A DNA stretch of 64,000 bases. It comes from Eubacterium sp. (lineage in GTDB: Bacteria; Bacillota; Clostridia; Lachnospirales; Lachnospiraceae). Below the pieces are notes generated by a model. That model saw only the letters and a program-made list of their open reading frames with translations. It was not told where the DNA came from and did no database searches. The translations under genes were made by a program, and so were the position numbers. Shown here piece after piece: positions 46,281-55,778 of the stretch (the first letter of the stretch is position 1; the number at the start of each line of letters is the position of its first letter). Location of the stretch: assembly GCA_017433615.1 (NCBI GenBank), contig JAFRGW010000150.1, positions 17,771 to 81,770 of the forward strand, read 5' to 3'.

Positions 46281-47126
46281 TCATTCAGGCTGATATGTTA
46301 CCCCGTGGGCTTCAAGCAGCCGGTAATGTGTCTTGCGCTGCTCTTCGGGCGGCAGCTGCATATAATCTCCGTATGTATATGTCAGATAGGCATCTGCATC
46401 ACTGAAACCGCGCAGCCTGATATCCTCAAACTGGTAGTATTTTCCTTTCCCATACCAGCTTTTCGGCACGATTTCACGTGTTCTGTAGGCGCCCATGATG
46501 TTTCCGATGTATTCTGATTTCCGGACTGACTGTTTCCGGAGGAGACGGTCAATCGCCTCTTTCTGACGGCCGGGTGTTGTCATTTTTTCCACCGGGATCC
46601 GCTCCATAACCCATAACAGCATTTTCTCCGCAGTTCCCCGCGGCCGCTTTCTGTCTATGGAGTCTTTATAACACAGCGACATCATGGCGCGGTGAAACAG
46701 CACTCTGAAAAAGTACAGTTTCCGGAGCATCCGGTTATTGGGAGTTCCGTCGACCGGGAAAATATCAATCGATGCATGTGTGTACCGGGTGTCATTTCCG
46801 ATTCGCTCTTCGATGACCTTGGTATCCTCATCCACGACCCGCGTAATATAATATTGAAAGGACGGGGTATTCCGGTAATTTACGATACGGTATGCCGCCG
46901 GCAGCAGGTCCGGAGCAATTTTCAGAAACCGCTCATAATCTCTTCGCGGCATGCCCAGATCTATGTCATCGTCCCATGGAATAAACCCCTGATGCCTGAC
47001 TGCTCCCAGCATCGTCCCGCCGAGCATATAGTACCGCAAATGATGCGCATCACAGATCTGTACAACCGCTTTCACAATGTCCAGATCAATCATCTGTAGT
47101 GTTCTGATATTAGATGATTCAGCCAT
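46281..47126 (-). CDS. LicD-family phosphotransferase
   Basis: GGTMLGAVRHQGFIPWDDDID, IDIFP and YGDYM motifs; start at MAESS (47126) after GGAGG. Confidence 0.93.
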   Translation of the reverse strand: MAESSNIRTLQMIDLDIVKAVVQICDAHHLRYYMLGGTMLGAVRHQGFIPWDDDIDLGMPRRDYERFLKIAPDLLPAAYRIVNYRNTPSFQYYITRVVDEDTKVIEERIGNDTRYTHASIDIFPVDGTPNNRMLRKLYFFRVLFHRAMMSLCYKDSIDRKRPRGTAEKMLLWVMERIPVEKMTTPGRQKEAIDRLLRKQSVRKSEYIGNIMGAYRTREIVPKSWYGKGKYYQFEDIRLRGFSDADAYLTYTYGDYMQLPPEEQRKTHYRLLEAHGVTYQPE

Positions 47127-48357
47127 GGATGTCCCTCCGCAGCAGTTTTCTGTATGCTTCCGCAATTTTTTCCCAGCTGTAAGCGCGCCGGATCCGTTCC
47201 TTTGCAAGACTTCCATAACGCCTGATTTCCTCTTCGGACAGTCTGTCCGCGTAGTCAATCAGTCCCGCCAGACTTCCGGGATCCTTTGACCAGTAAAGTG
47301 CGGCATTTTCTGCGACTTCCCGGTTAAAGCCGACATCCAGCAGCAGGTTCAGATCCGTTGCTCCGAGTGCTTCCAGAAGCGACGGATTTGTCCCGCCGAC
47401 TTCATGCCCGTGAAAATACGCATAGGCATTTTGCCGGATCTCTCTAAGCAGCGCAGGATCATAAACGGTTCCCACAAAGCGGATGCGGGGATCCTTGCGG
47501 AAATGCAGCTTTTCCTCAAGTTCTTCCAGAAAATCCTGATTGACATTTGTGATCAGTGCAAACGATTTATCGGATTGACTCTGCATGAATTCCCGAATCA
47601 TCGTGTAATAGTTGTTTTCCGGAACAAATCTTCCTACAACCAGATAATACTGATGTGCTGCAAGTCCCTGCTCCCACAGCCACTGCGCATAGGCATCGGA
47701 TTGCTGCGGTGCACCATCTGTCTGTTCTGCAATCTCAGATCCATATGAAATATATGTGGTCTGCGGGTGATATGAACGGTATTCTTCCTGAATATACTGC
47801 TCGATGTGCACGGAATCACATACGATATAATCCGCATGTTTTACCATCAGCCGCTCAGAATACTTCCAGTAGCGGCGGACCGGTGCCGGCCATTTGGCCC
47901 GCTTCCACTCATGACCGTCCGGGTTGATCAGCAGGATCCCGTCCAGCTTTCTGATTTCCCGTTTCAGCTCTGCGATAAACGGCCCGATCCGGCAGGCGAG
48001 AATATAGAAAACCGGCCTGCGTATTCCGAACTTTCTGCAGTATGCAATGCATGCCCTGATCGCTGTAATATCATACCAGATCGCCGCAGCAGACCCGATT
48101 TCCGGCACTTCGATTTTAAAACAGTGCGCGTTGTGGTAACGAAATTCATGTTCATTTACCGCCGTGACATTCTCCAGCCTGGATTCATCCATGCATCCGT
48201 CGCCGTTGGCTTTACATGCAATATGAAGCCTGATCTCACTGTCGTCCTGCAGATATTCGGACAGTTTGTCCACAAAAGTCTCATATCCGCCGTACTGCCC
48301 GATCGACTTGGAGCCGCAAATAAATACATGCTGTCTGCTTTTTTTCTTATCTGTCAT
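47119..48357 (-). CDS. cps2T: Beta-1,4-rhamnosyltransferase Cps2T/WchF/RgpA-like (DUF1972 + GT4)
   Basis: YGGYETFV, NPDGHEWKRAKW, GRFVPENN and HGHEVGGTNPSLLEAL motifs. Confidence 0.85.
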   Translation of the reverse strand: MTDKKKSRQHVFICGSKSIGQYGGYETFVDKLSEYLQDDSEIRLHIACKANGDGCMDESRLENVTAVNEHEFRYHNAHCFKIEVPEIGSAAAIWYDITAIRACIAYCRKFGIRRPVFYILACRIGPFIAELKREIRKLDGILLINPDGHEWKRAKWPAPVRRYWKYSERLMVKHADYIVCDSVHIEQYIQEEYRSYHPQTTYISYGSEIAEQTDGAPQQSDAYAQWLWEQGLAAHQYYLVVGRFVPENNYYTMIREFMQSQSDKSFALITNVNQDFLEELEEKLHFRKDPRIRFVGTVYDPALLREIRQNAYAYFHGHEVGGTNPSLLEALGATDLNLLLDVGFNREVAENAALYWSKDPGSLAGLIDYADRLSEEEIRRYGSLAKERIRRAYSWEKIAEAYRKLLRRDIHG

Positions 48358-50683
48358 CTGCTTCTATCTCATCTACAATATCAAAATGTTCATCTGCTTC
48401 CCGCAGTCTGCAGTCGCCGTACATCAGACTGAGATTCGGGTTGTAATACGGATCGCCGGCTTCGAGCACATCTTTCCATTTCTCACGGAAATATCTGATC
48501 TCTTTCTTGAATCGTTCGTGCTTTTCCGGGGTCTCCTCGTAACCGCGGCTTTTGGACTCAAAATGGAACAGTTCTGCAGCCGGATTCTGTACGATCAATG
48601 CGCCGGTTTTCCGCACCTTCAGACAGAGATCAATGTCATTCAGGGCCACGGTCAGATTCTCATCCAGGCCGCCGATCTCTTCGAAAATGCTGCGTTTGAT
48701 CATCAGGCATGCGCCGGTAACAGCACTGACGTCATAGATCGCCCGGAGTCTTCCCATATAACCGGCGTCCTCACGGAGTTTCCCGGTCAGGACATGTCCC
48801 GCAAATCCGCCCACGCCGACGACAACGCCGCAGTGCTGAACCGTCTCGTCGGGATACAGCAGCTTCGCGCCGGCCGCACCGACGTCTTCCCGCTGGCAGT
48901 AGCCGAGCATCTGCTCGATCCAGTCCGGCGTGATGACTTCGGTATCGTTGTTCAGCAGGAGCAGGTAATCACCTGTCGCATACTGGGCGCCGAAGTTGTT
49001 GATCTTCGCGTAGTTGAATTTATCCTTGTAATACAGGACGCGGATGACCGCCTCATTGTTGTCAGTGCCGGATGCGTTCTGGTCGTCTGCCGCATCTCCC
49101 GGTTTCTGTCCGCCGGACAGTTCTTCTTCTGCGTTTTTCCCGCCAGACTGCTCTACTTCTGCGTTTTTCCCGTCCGTCAGTTCCTCATAATACCGGAATG
49201 TCTCTTCCTCGGTGCTGTTGTTCTCAATTATGAGAATCTCGAGATTCCGGTATGTGGATTTTTCCAGAATCGAGTCAATGCAGGTCTTCAGCACGTCCCG
49301 GTTGTCTTTGTTTGGAATCAGGATTGACACCTTCGGATTATCATGTACAAGCAGCTTGGCCTGGTACATGATGAAAATATCCGTATAATGCAGCTCTGCG
49401 TCGAGACGGCAGCGGCGGTAATGCCCCTCCAGTGCTTTCCGCGCAGATGCAATGGCGTAGGTTTTGCTCTCCGGATTGCGCGCCGTGGAAGATTCCGACT
49501 CGCGCCAGTGATACAGAATTTTCGGCACATGCCCGATCCGCTTTGTCTGCTCCGTGCAGCGCAGGAACAGATCCCAGTCCTGTGCGCCGTCACAGTCACT
49601 GCGGAAGCCGCCGATTTGATGCATAACAGATGTCCGGATACAGAACAGATGACAGATGTAGTTAATACTGCGCAGCAGGTCGATGTTGAAATCCGGTTTA
49701 AACCGCGGCGAACGGAAATGTTCTCCCGCCTCGTCTGTCAGATCCTCGTCCGTATACACAATATCCAGCGACGGATCTTCGTTCAGCAGTTTCACGATCT
49801 CATAAAGTGCATCCTTCTCAATCACATCATCGTGGTCAGAAAGCATAATATAATCGCCGGACGCCATTTCCAGCGCAGCATTGGTATTGCCTGCAATGCC
49901 GGCATTTTCCTTCAGGCGCTGGTAGCGGATTCTGCTGTCTTTGGAGAAATCCGGCTGGTACCGCGCCTTCAGATGCATTTCCACGGCGCCCTCCGTGCTG
50001 CCGTCTGCCAGGCACAGTTCCCAGTTCTCGTAGGACTGTCCCTCGATGGAATCCAGCAGCACATCAAGGTATTTCAGATTTGTATTAAAGAGCGGAATTG
50101 CGATGCTGATCTTCGGCCGGTTTACAAATGCAGCTGCTGCCTCGCGCTGTGCTGCCAGCTGCTCCTCTATCACGCGCTGCTTCTTGAACCAGGCGTCGTA
50201 CTGCACCTGTTCCGACGGTGCCTGCTGATCCCGGCGCAGTGCCTTCAGACCACCGTTATTGAATACATAGCGGAACCCTTTCGCCCATGTGGACGGTTTG
50301 AACCAGTCCGCAAACGGAAGCGTACGCACGGCTGCACTATGCTCCTTCAGGAGATTGATCTGAAAAAGCTGCTGCTCGTTCGCATCTGCGAAAATCACGT
50401 ACATTTTCCTGCCGGTGACTTCGCCGCGCTGCACGTACAGATTGAATCCGGTATCCTGCCGTTCTTTTATCGAAAAAAGCCTGTCGATATCGATGCGGCG
50501 GCTGCGCCGGACGATGGCAGGGATCTCCCGCTGGTTTCCATCCAGCACGCGGATCTCACAGGTTCCGGCGGCACTGTAGGCCCAGCCGGTAACGCTGATC
50601 TCGGTGCTGCTCTTCTCCCAGCGGTCAATATGTGCGGAAATTGTGTGTGTTCTGCTCAAACCACGTACCTCTGAATTTCTCAT
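48347..50683 (-). CDS. Tandem GT2-GT2 glycosyltransferase (rhamnan polymerase-like)
   Basis: First GT2: DHDD, YTDED, FKPDF, QDWD, LYHWR. Second GT2: IPNKD, LLNND, SAVTGAC, NDID, HFESKSRG. Confidence 0.9.
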   Translation of the reverse strand: MRNSEVRGLSRTHTISAHIDRWEKSSTEISVTGWAYSAAGTCEIRVLDGNQREIPAIVRRSRRIDIDRLFSIKERQDTGFNLYVQRGEVTGRKMYVIFADANEQQLFQINLLKEHSAAVRTLPFADWFKPSTWAKGFRYVFNNGGLKALRRDQQAPSEQVQYDAWFKKQRVIEEQLAAQREAAAAFVNRPKISIAIPLFNTNLKYLDVLLDSIEGQSYENWELCLADGSTEGAVEMHLKARYQPDFSKDSRIRYQRLKENAGIAGNTNAALEMASGDYIMLSDHDDVIEKDALYEIVKLLNEDPSLDIVYTDEDLTDEAGEHFRSPRFKPDFNIDLLRSINYICHLFCIRTSVMHQIGGFRSDCDGAQDWDLFLRCTEQTKRIGHVPKILYHWRESESSTARNPESKTYAIASARKALEGHYRRCRLDAELHYTDIFIMYQAKLLVHDNPKVSILIPNKDNRDVLKTCIDSILEKSTYRNLEILIIENNSTEEETFRYYEELTDGKNAEVEQSGGKNAEEELSGGQKPGDAADDQNASGTDNNEAVIRVLYYKDKFNYAKINNFGAQYATGDYLLLLNNDTEVITPDWIEQMLGYCQREDVGAAGAKLLYPDETVQHCGVVVGVGGFAGHVLTGKLREDAGYMGRLRAIYDVSAVTGACLMIKRSIFEEIGGLDENLTVALNDIDLCLKVRKTGALIVQNPAAELFHFESKSRGYEETPEKHERFKKEIRYFREKWKDVLEAGDPYYNPNLSLMYGDCRLREADEHFDIVDEIEADDR

Positions 50684-50695
50684 ATACTTGACAGA

Positions 50696-53600
50696 TTATC
50701 CGAGCCGGTAAAACGGGTTGCTTTCTATCGACAGATTTCGATTATAAAATGGATCTCCGGCGCAAATATCATCCCGCCATTTCTCAATAAACCAGATGAT
50801 CTCCGAATAAAACCGGTCTACCTTTTCCTGTGTATCCTCCAGGCCGCGGGAGCGCGATTCCTTGTGATAAAGTTCCACATCGCCGCAGTAGATGACCCGC
50901 TTTCCGCGTGTCCGCACCTTCAGGCAGAAATCCACATCATTAAATGCAACTGCCAGCGATTCTTCCATGCCGCCGACTGCCTCATAAAGAGATTTCTTCA
51001 CCAGAAGGCATGCAGCCGTCACGGCACTATAATCCACTGTGCTGACGGCGCGGTACCCGTATCCCGGATCCGTTTCTTCCAGATCAGTAAACAAATGTCC
51101 TGCGATTCCGCCGATGCCAAGACCGATCCCGCCATGCTGCAGTCTGCGGTCCGGATAGAGCAGACGCGCGCCTGCAATTCCGGCATCTTCCTGCTGTAGT
51201 GTTCCCACCAGCTGCCGCAGAGCATCCGGACTGATCAGTTCTGTATCGTTATTCAGCAGCAGCAGGAATTCTCCCTTCGCGCAGCGAACCCCGAAATTAT
51301 TGATCTTTGAATAATTGAATGGGCCTTCATAGGTGACGACTGTCACAGCCGGATGGCACAGGCCGTTATGGCCATCCCCACTGTTCTGATTCCGCTGCTC
51401 CAGTTCCCGGTAACAGGCAAATGTCTCAGCTTCCGTACTGTTGTTCTCTACAATGATCCACTCAAAATTTCTGTATGTGGACAGATTCTCAAACGATTCA
51501 ATACAGGCCCGCAGTTCCTCCGCGTGATCCTTGTTCGGAACGATGATCGATACCAGCGGTTCTTCCTGCATCTGATAGTTTGTGCGGAAAACCGGAAAGG
51601 CCGGATCCTCCGTAACCGCTGCCGGAATACCGCAGCGAAGATTGTGCTGCTTCAGGGCTTCCAGTTCCAGCTTTCGGGTCACTGCTTCGTGCCGCAGTTC
51701 CGCAGACGTTTTTCCCTGAACAGAAATTTTCCGGAAAAGAACCTCCGGAATGTGGCAGATCCGATTCTCTGCGTCTGTCTCCTGCAATTCTGCCGCGTGC
51801 AGCACCAGATCATAGAAAAATCCGTCACCGGTCTGCAGCTTGTTCAGCGAGAAATCTTTTGCCGCCCGGCTTCTGATACAAAAGCAGGGCCCGATATAAT
51901 TATAAGACCGCAGATAATCGATGCTGAAATCCGGTTTGAAAGCAGGCGCAAATGCTGTCTGTCCGTCCTGTGTTATGCGGTCTTCGTCTGCATAGAGCAG
52001 ATATGGAGCGGATTGCATAATCGCTGCCGCGAAATACTGCAGTGCGTCCGGCGTCAGACAATACCCCGTCGGAAGAAACATGAGATAATCACATTCCCGC
52101 GCCGCCTGTGCAATCATTTTGCGCAGCACCGTTCCCGGATATACGATATAGTTTCTGTATGTCTGCTGCTGAACCGATGCCTGTGACGCCGCATAAAGGC
52201 GGCTGTCAAACCGGCTGCGCAGCAGGATGATGCCGAACCGGGACTGCCGGCCGGGTACCGGGTTGTTCCCCGGATCCCGCTTTGCAAGCCGCTCCCGGAT
52301 CCAGTTATCATAGTTCTCATCAAACGGCCGGTTCGGCCGGGTCTGCAGCATATATTGATAGCCCCCGTACCCGTGTCCGAGCAGATAGGTGCCGTGTTTT
52401 CTGATCTTCTGCAGCGTCGTCAGCTGCTCCGGCTGTGCAGAAAATGCTCCCGCCGGGGAGTTGGCTGTCGTTCCCGCAGAGGAACTGGCAGTCGTTCCTG
52501 CTGAGAGATATTTATGCAGCGGGATGACATCTCCCTCGATCCATTTCTGGAACTGATTTTCCATATCGAGGTAAACATCCAGATTGCCGGAAAGGCCGCA
52601 TTTCTCATAGATACCCGCCTGCAAAAGTGTATCTGCAGCAGGATTGCCATCCAGATAATAATGGACAATCCGCCAGATGAGGAATTCTACCGGAACAGGG
52701 ATATCTGTCGTCCACTCGCAGTCGATCATCTGATATCCGTTTTCAGTCCTGATTATATTTTCCAGAATGCAGTCAATATTTGTTACCGGAAGCGTCCGTC
52801 CCCAGAACGGCTCATGTGCCCGGTTTCCAAACAGTTCTGCAAACCCCGGGGTGAAATGAAAGGGAACACATTTTTCTTCCGGAATGATTTTTCTGATATA
52901 TTCACAGACTGCATAAATTGCCGCATCTGCGCCTTCTGTCTGAAGGATGTGGTCAACTTCCTGTCCGCAGTTTTCGCCTGACAGGTATTCGAATTCGATG
53001 TAGTTTACTTGCTCACCCTGTTTCTTCACAAAACAGCGGTTGATCCCGATTCCTGTACCGCAGTACTGTTCACGAAGTTTTTCCGAAACTTCACCGATTC
53101 GCCGGATGTGTGCCGCTGCCTCCTGTGAAGCAGGATATTTGCGTACGATCCGGTTCCCGGCCGCATGCATTTCTGTCAAATTCTCATTTTTTCCGGGTTC
53201 TGTCCGGTTCTGGATCCTGCCGTTTTCTGTCAGATTCCGGCCTTTGCCGGATTCTGTCCGGCTGCACATGTCTTCTGCCGTTTCAAGTCCCGCCTGACGA
53301 TCTGCGCGCGAAAGAAACGGAACGGATTCTCTGTGTTCAAGGATCTGCGTGAAGACAGCACAGCCGGGCCGTCTTTCATTGGAAAATTTGGTATAAAGAT
53401 TTCTCGGCCAACCGGGTTCCTGCCGCCTTCCTGACAGGCAGATCAGAATACTGGCCGGTTCCGCGTCTGTCTCGGATTGTAAAACCTCCTGCAGTGAAGG
53501 AATTGCTTTCATTTCCATCGGAAACCGGTAGTCCGGCTGCAGGCTGAATATTTGTGCGTCTGCAAATGCAGAAGAATCCACGGACCGCAGTGACACTGCG

Positions 53601-54094
53601 CTGCCTGCCAGCAATATTTTCCCTTCAGCTGCCAGCAGATGATCCTTCAGACTTTCCACAAACAAGGGCTTGCCAGGTTCTGTTGGTTCTGTTGGTTCTG
53701 TTGATTCTGTTGATTCTGCCGCATTTTCCAGAAAACACCTGCACAGATCTGCGGCCTGTTCTGGCGTCCCGATGACCGTAATCAAATCATATGGGGCGTT
53801 TGCCCATAGCATCTGGTCTTTTTCTGACACATCCCGCTCTGCCCAATTCAGCAGGACGACATTTGCGTGTTCCGCACAGACCTGCTTCTGGATCTTCGCT
53901 TCCTGTTCGTTAAGACAGACGGCCGTTACCTGCGCGCACTTTTCTGCGAGATAAGATGTGATCGCAGCGCTGTCTGCACCGATCTCCAGAACGCGTTCTG
54001 TCCCGGTCAGCTCCAGCGTGCGTACGAGATTGACACGAACCGGTGAAAATGTATTTAGTTCCGGGTACTCCGGCAAGTCCGCCAATCTGATCAT
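50696..54094 (-). CDS. Fusion of degenerate SAM methyltransferase, kinase-like domain and GT2-GT2
   Basis: VLEIGADSAAIT and PDYRFP; KFSNER, EFEY, NIDCILENII and IDCEW; YADED/FKPDF; VPNKD, LLNND, NDVD and ESRSRG. Start at MIRL (54094) after GGAG. Confidence 0.78.
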   Translation of the reverse strand: MIRLADLPEYPELNTFSPVRVNLVRTLELTGTERVLEIGADSAAITSYLAEKCAQVTAVCLNEQEAKIQKQVCAEHANVVLLNWAERDVSEKDQMLWANAPYDLITVIGTPEQAADLCRCFLENAAESTESTEPTEPTEPGKPLFVESLKDHLLAAEGKILLAGSAVSLRSVDSSAFADAQIFSLQPDYRFPMEMKAIPSLQEVLQSETDAEPASILICLSGRRQEPGWPRNLYTKFSNERRPGCAVFTQILEHRESVPFLSRADRQAGLETAEDMCSRTESGKGRNLTENGRIQNRTEPGKNENLTEMHAAGNRIVRKYPASQEAAAHIRRIGEVSEKLREQYCGTGIGINRCFVKKQGEQVNYIEFEYLSGENCGQEVDHILQTEGADAAIYAVCEYIRKIIPEEKCVPFHFTPGFAELFGNRAHEPFWGRTLPVTNIDCILENIIRTENGYQMIDCEWTTDIPVPVEFLIWRIVHYYLDGNPAADTLLQAGIYEKCGLSGNLDVYLDMENQFQKWIEGDVIPLHKYLSAGTTASSSAGTTANSPAGAFSAQPEQLTTLQKIRKHGTYLLGHGYGGYQYMLQTRPNRPFDENYDNWIRERLAKRDPGNNPVPGRQSRFGIILLRSRFDSRLYAASQASVQQQTYRNYIVYPGTVLRKMIAQAARECDYLMFLPTGYCLTPDALQYFAAAIMQSAPYLLYADEDRITQDGQTAFAPAFKPDFSIDYLRSYNYIGPCFCIRSRAAKDFSLNKLQTGDGFFYDLVLHAAELQETDAENRICHIPEVLFRKISVQGKTSAELRHEAVTRKLELEALKQHNLRCGIPAAVTEDPAFPVFRTNYQMQEEPLVSIIVPNKDHAEELRACIESFENLSTYRNFEWIIVENNSTEAETFACYRELEQRNQNSGDGHNGLCHPAVTVVTYEGPFNYSKINNFGVRCAKGEFLLLLNNDTELISPDALRQLVGTLQQEDAGIAGARLLYPDRRLQHGGIGLGIGGIAGHLFTDLEETDPGYGYRAVSTVDYSAVTAACLLVKKSLYEAVGGMEESLAVAFNDVDFCLKVRTRGKRVIYCGDVELYHKESRSRGLEDTQEKVDRFYSEIIWFIEKWRDDICAGDPFYNRNLSIESNPFYRLG
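53676..53718. repeat. In-frame 9-bp tandem repeat G(G/A)TTCTGTT, about 5 copies (ESTESTEPTEPTEP)
   Basis: ggttctgtt x3, gattctgtt, gattctg read directly. Confidence 0.85.
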
Positions 54095-54231
54095 CGCATA
54101 TCTCCACAATGCAGGCACATCTGCTTTTACTGCATTACTTGCCTGTCACCGAGTTCAAGTCCACCGCCTGGCGCTCCGCGCGTCCGGGTCAGGATTCTGT
54201 TCCGCAGAATTCACTTTCCTGCAGACGGCTT

Positions 54232-55698
54232 TCAGCACTTCTCAACAGTCGTGACTGAATTCATATCATAAAATCCCACCGTGTTCTTGTCTGAAATCAC
54301 TGTGATGTTCAGCAGATCATAGCAGCGGTGGTACGCATGCAGCTCGCCATTAATAAATCCGGTACATGACAGGGACAGCAGATACTCGCCGCCCTGCAGG
54401 TTCATGTCCTGCTCAAAGCTTGCCACATAGGTCTCGCCCGCCCTCGCCAGCGGCACAACAACTTTCTCAAACATGGTGTTGGTGCCGGTAACATCGACAC
54501 CCTTTATAGTCTTAAATGTAAAGGTAAAGATCGGATCCTTTACATCTTCATTGAAGTGAATCTTTGATTTAATAGTAAAGCGCGTTCCTTTGATGATGGA
54601 ACTGCTGAAACGGCCGCCGTCATCCAGTACGGCATAGTCGATAATCTCCGCCTGGCGGTCGCCGTACTCCTCCACATCCGGATTTTTCCGGTAGTGGCTT
54701 TTCCAGAGATGCCTTACAGCGGTTCGGGCAATATTTCCGCCTGCCGGTGTGTTTGTTCCGGTTCCGGCAGATCCGCCTGCATTCTGACTCCCTGCTGTTC
54801 CGGCAGCAACGCCTTTATCAGCAGTCCTTCCGGATCCATCTGCATTTTCGTCCGCGTCAGAAATACCTGCGCCGGATTCAGTTCCTGCATCCGCGCGGTC
54901 AATCGGAAATCCGTCCGCGTCTTTCTCCTGCAGCCGGTCAAATGCATCAATTTCCTCGCCTGCACCTGTCAGAATCTTTTTATAAAGATTTACCATGTCC
55001 TTCGGCGTGCCTTCCGCAAGCATTTCACCTTTATTCAGCAGGATGACACGGTCACAGTATTTTGTAATACTGCTGAGATCATGGCTGACAAACAGGATCG
55101 TTTTTCCTTCTGCCTTGAAGTCGTCGAATTTCTTATAGCATTTATTCTGGAAAAAAACATCGCCGACCGAAAGTGCCTCATCCACGACAAGGATCTCCGG
55201 ATCGATGTTAATGGCAAGCGCAAACGCAAGACGGACAAACATACCACTCGAGTACATTTTCACCGGCTGATGCACAAACTCGCCGATATCCGCAAAGCTC
55301 AGAATGCTGTCCAGCTTCGCGTCTACCTCTTCCCTTGTATAGCCCATCATTGTGCCATTCAGGTAAATGTTTTCAAGGCCGGTATATTCCTGGTTGAATC
55401 CCGCACCGAGCTCCAGCAGTGCCGAAATCCGGCCGTCGATCTCCAGCGATCCCTCCGTCGGGGAAACGACACCGGTAATGATCTTCAGAATCGTCGACTT
55501 GCCGGCACCATTTGTCCCGATAATTCCCACGGTCTCGCCCCGGTGGATATCAAACGAAAGATGGTGCAGCGCATAGTGCTCCCGGTAATGACTGTGCTTC
55601 GAAAATCCCAGCGCATCCTTCAGCCGGTCCGAATTCCGTTCGTAGAGCTTATATACTTTGCTAATGTCTTTCACGCGAATCGCATAATTTTCAGACAT
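54232..55698 (-). CDS. wzt: ABC exporter ATPase Wzt with C-terminal carbohydrate-binding (Wzt_C) domain
   Basis: GTNGAGKST, YSSGMFVRLAF and DEALSVGD motifs; low-complexity linker; beta-rich C-terminal domain (YGD..AEI, GTNT, GEYLLS). Confidence 0.92.
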   Translation of the reverse strand: MSENYAIRVKDISKVYKLYERNSDRLKDALGFSKHSHYREHYALHHLSFDIHRGETVGIIGTNGAGKSTILKIITGVVSPTEGSLEIDGRISALLELGAGFNQEYTGLENIYLNGTMMGYTREEVDAKLDSILSFADIGEFVHQPVKMYSSGMFVRLAFALAINIDPEILVVDEALSVGDVFFQNKCYKKFDDFKAEGKTILFVSHDLSSITKYCDRVILLNKGEMLAEGTPKDMVNLYKKILTGAGEEIDAFDRLQEKDADGFPIDRADAGTESGAGISDADENADGSGRTADKGVAAGTAGSQNAGGSAGTGTNTPAGGNIARTAVRHLWKSHYRKNPDVEEYGDRQAEIIDYAVLDDGGRFSSSIIKGTRFTIKSKIHFNEDVKDPIFTFTFKTIKGVDVTGTNTMFEKVVVPLARAGETYVASFEQDMNLQGGEYLLSLSCTGFINGELHAYHRCYDLLNITVISDKNTVGFYDMNSVTTVEKC

Positions 55699-55778
55699 GT
55701 GTGATCCTTTTCTGGCTGTCTCAAAGCACTTTGCAGGCGGAAGGACAATCCCATTGTTTTCCGCCCTTCTTTAACAAG

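Noticed and set aside
49343-50674. 443-aa plus-strand ORF (also 54694-55704, 40284-41186, 61107-61952, 37542-38384, 652-1485 and similar)
   Set aside because: Antisense shadows of well-supported minus-strand genes; no recognisable motifs, and long shadow frames are expected from the codon bias.
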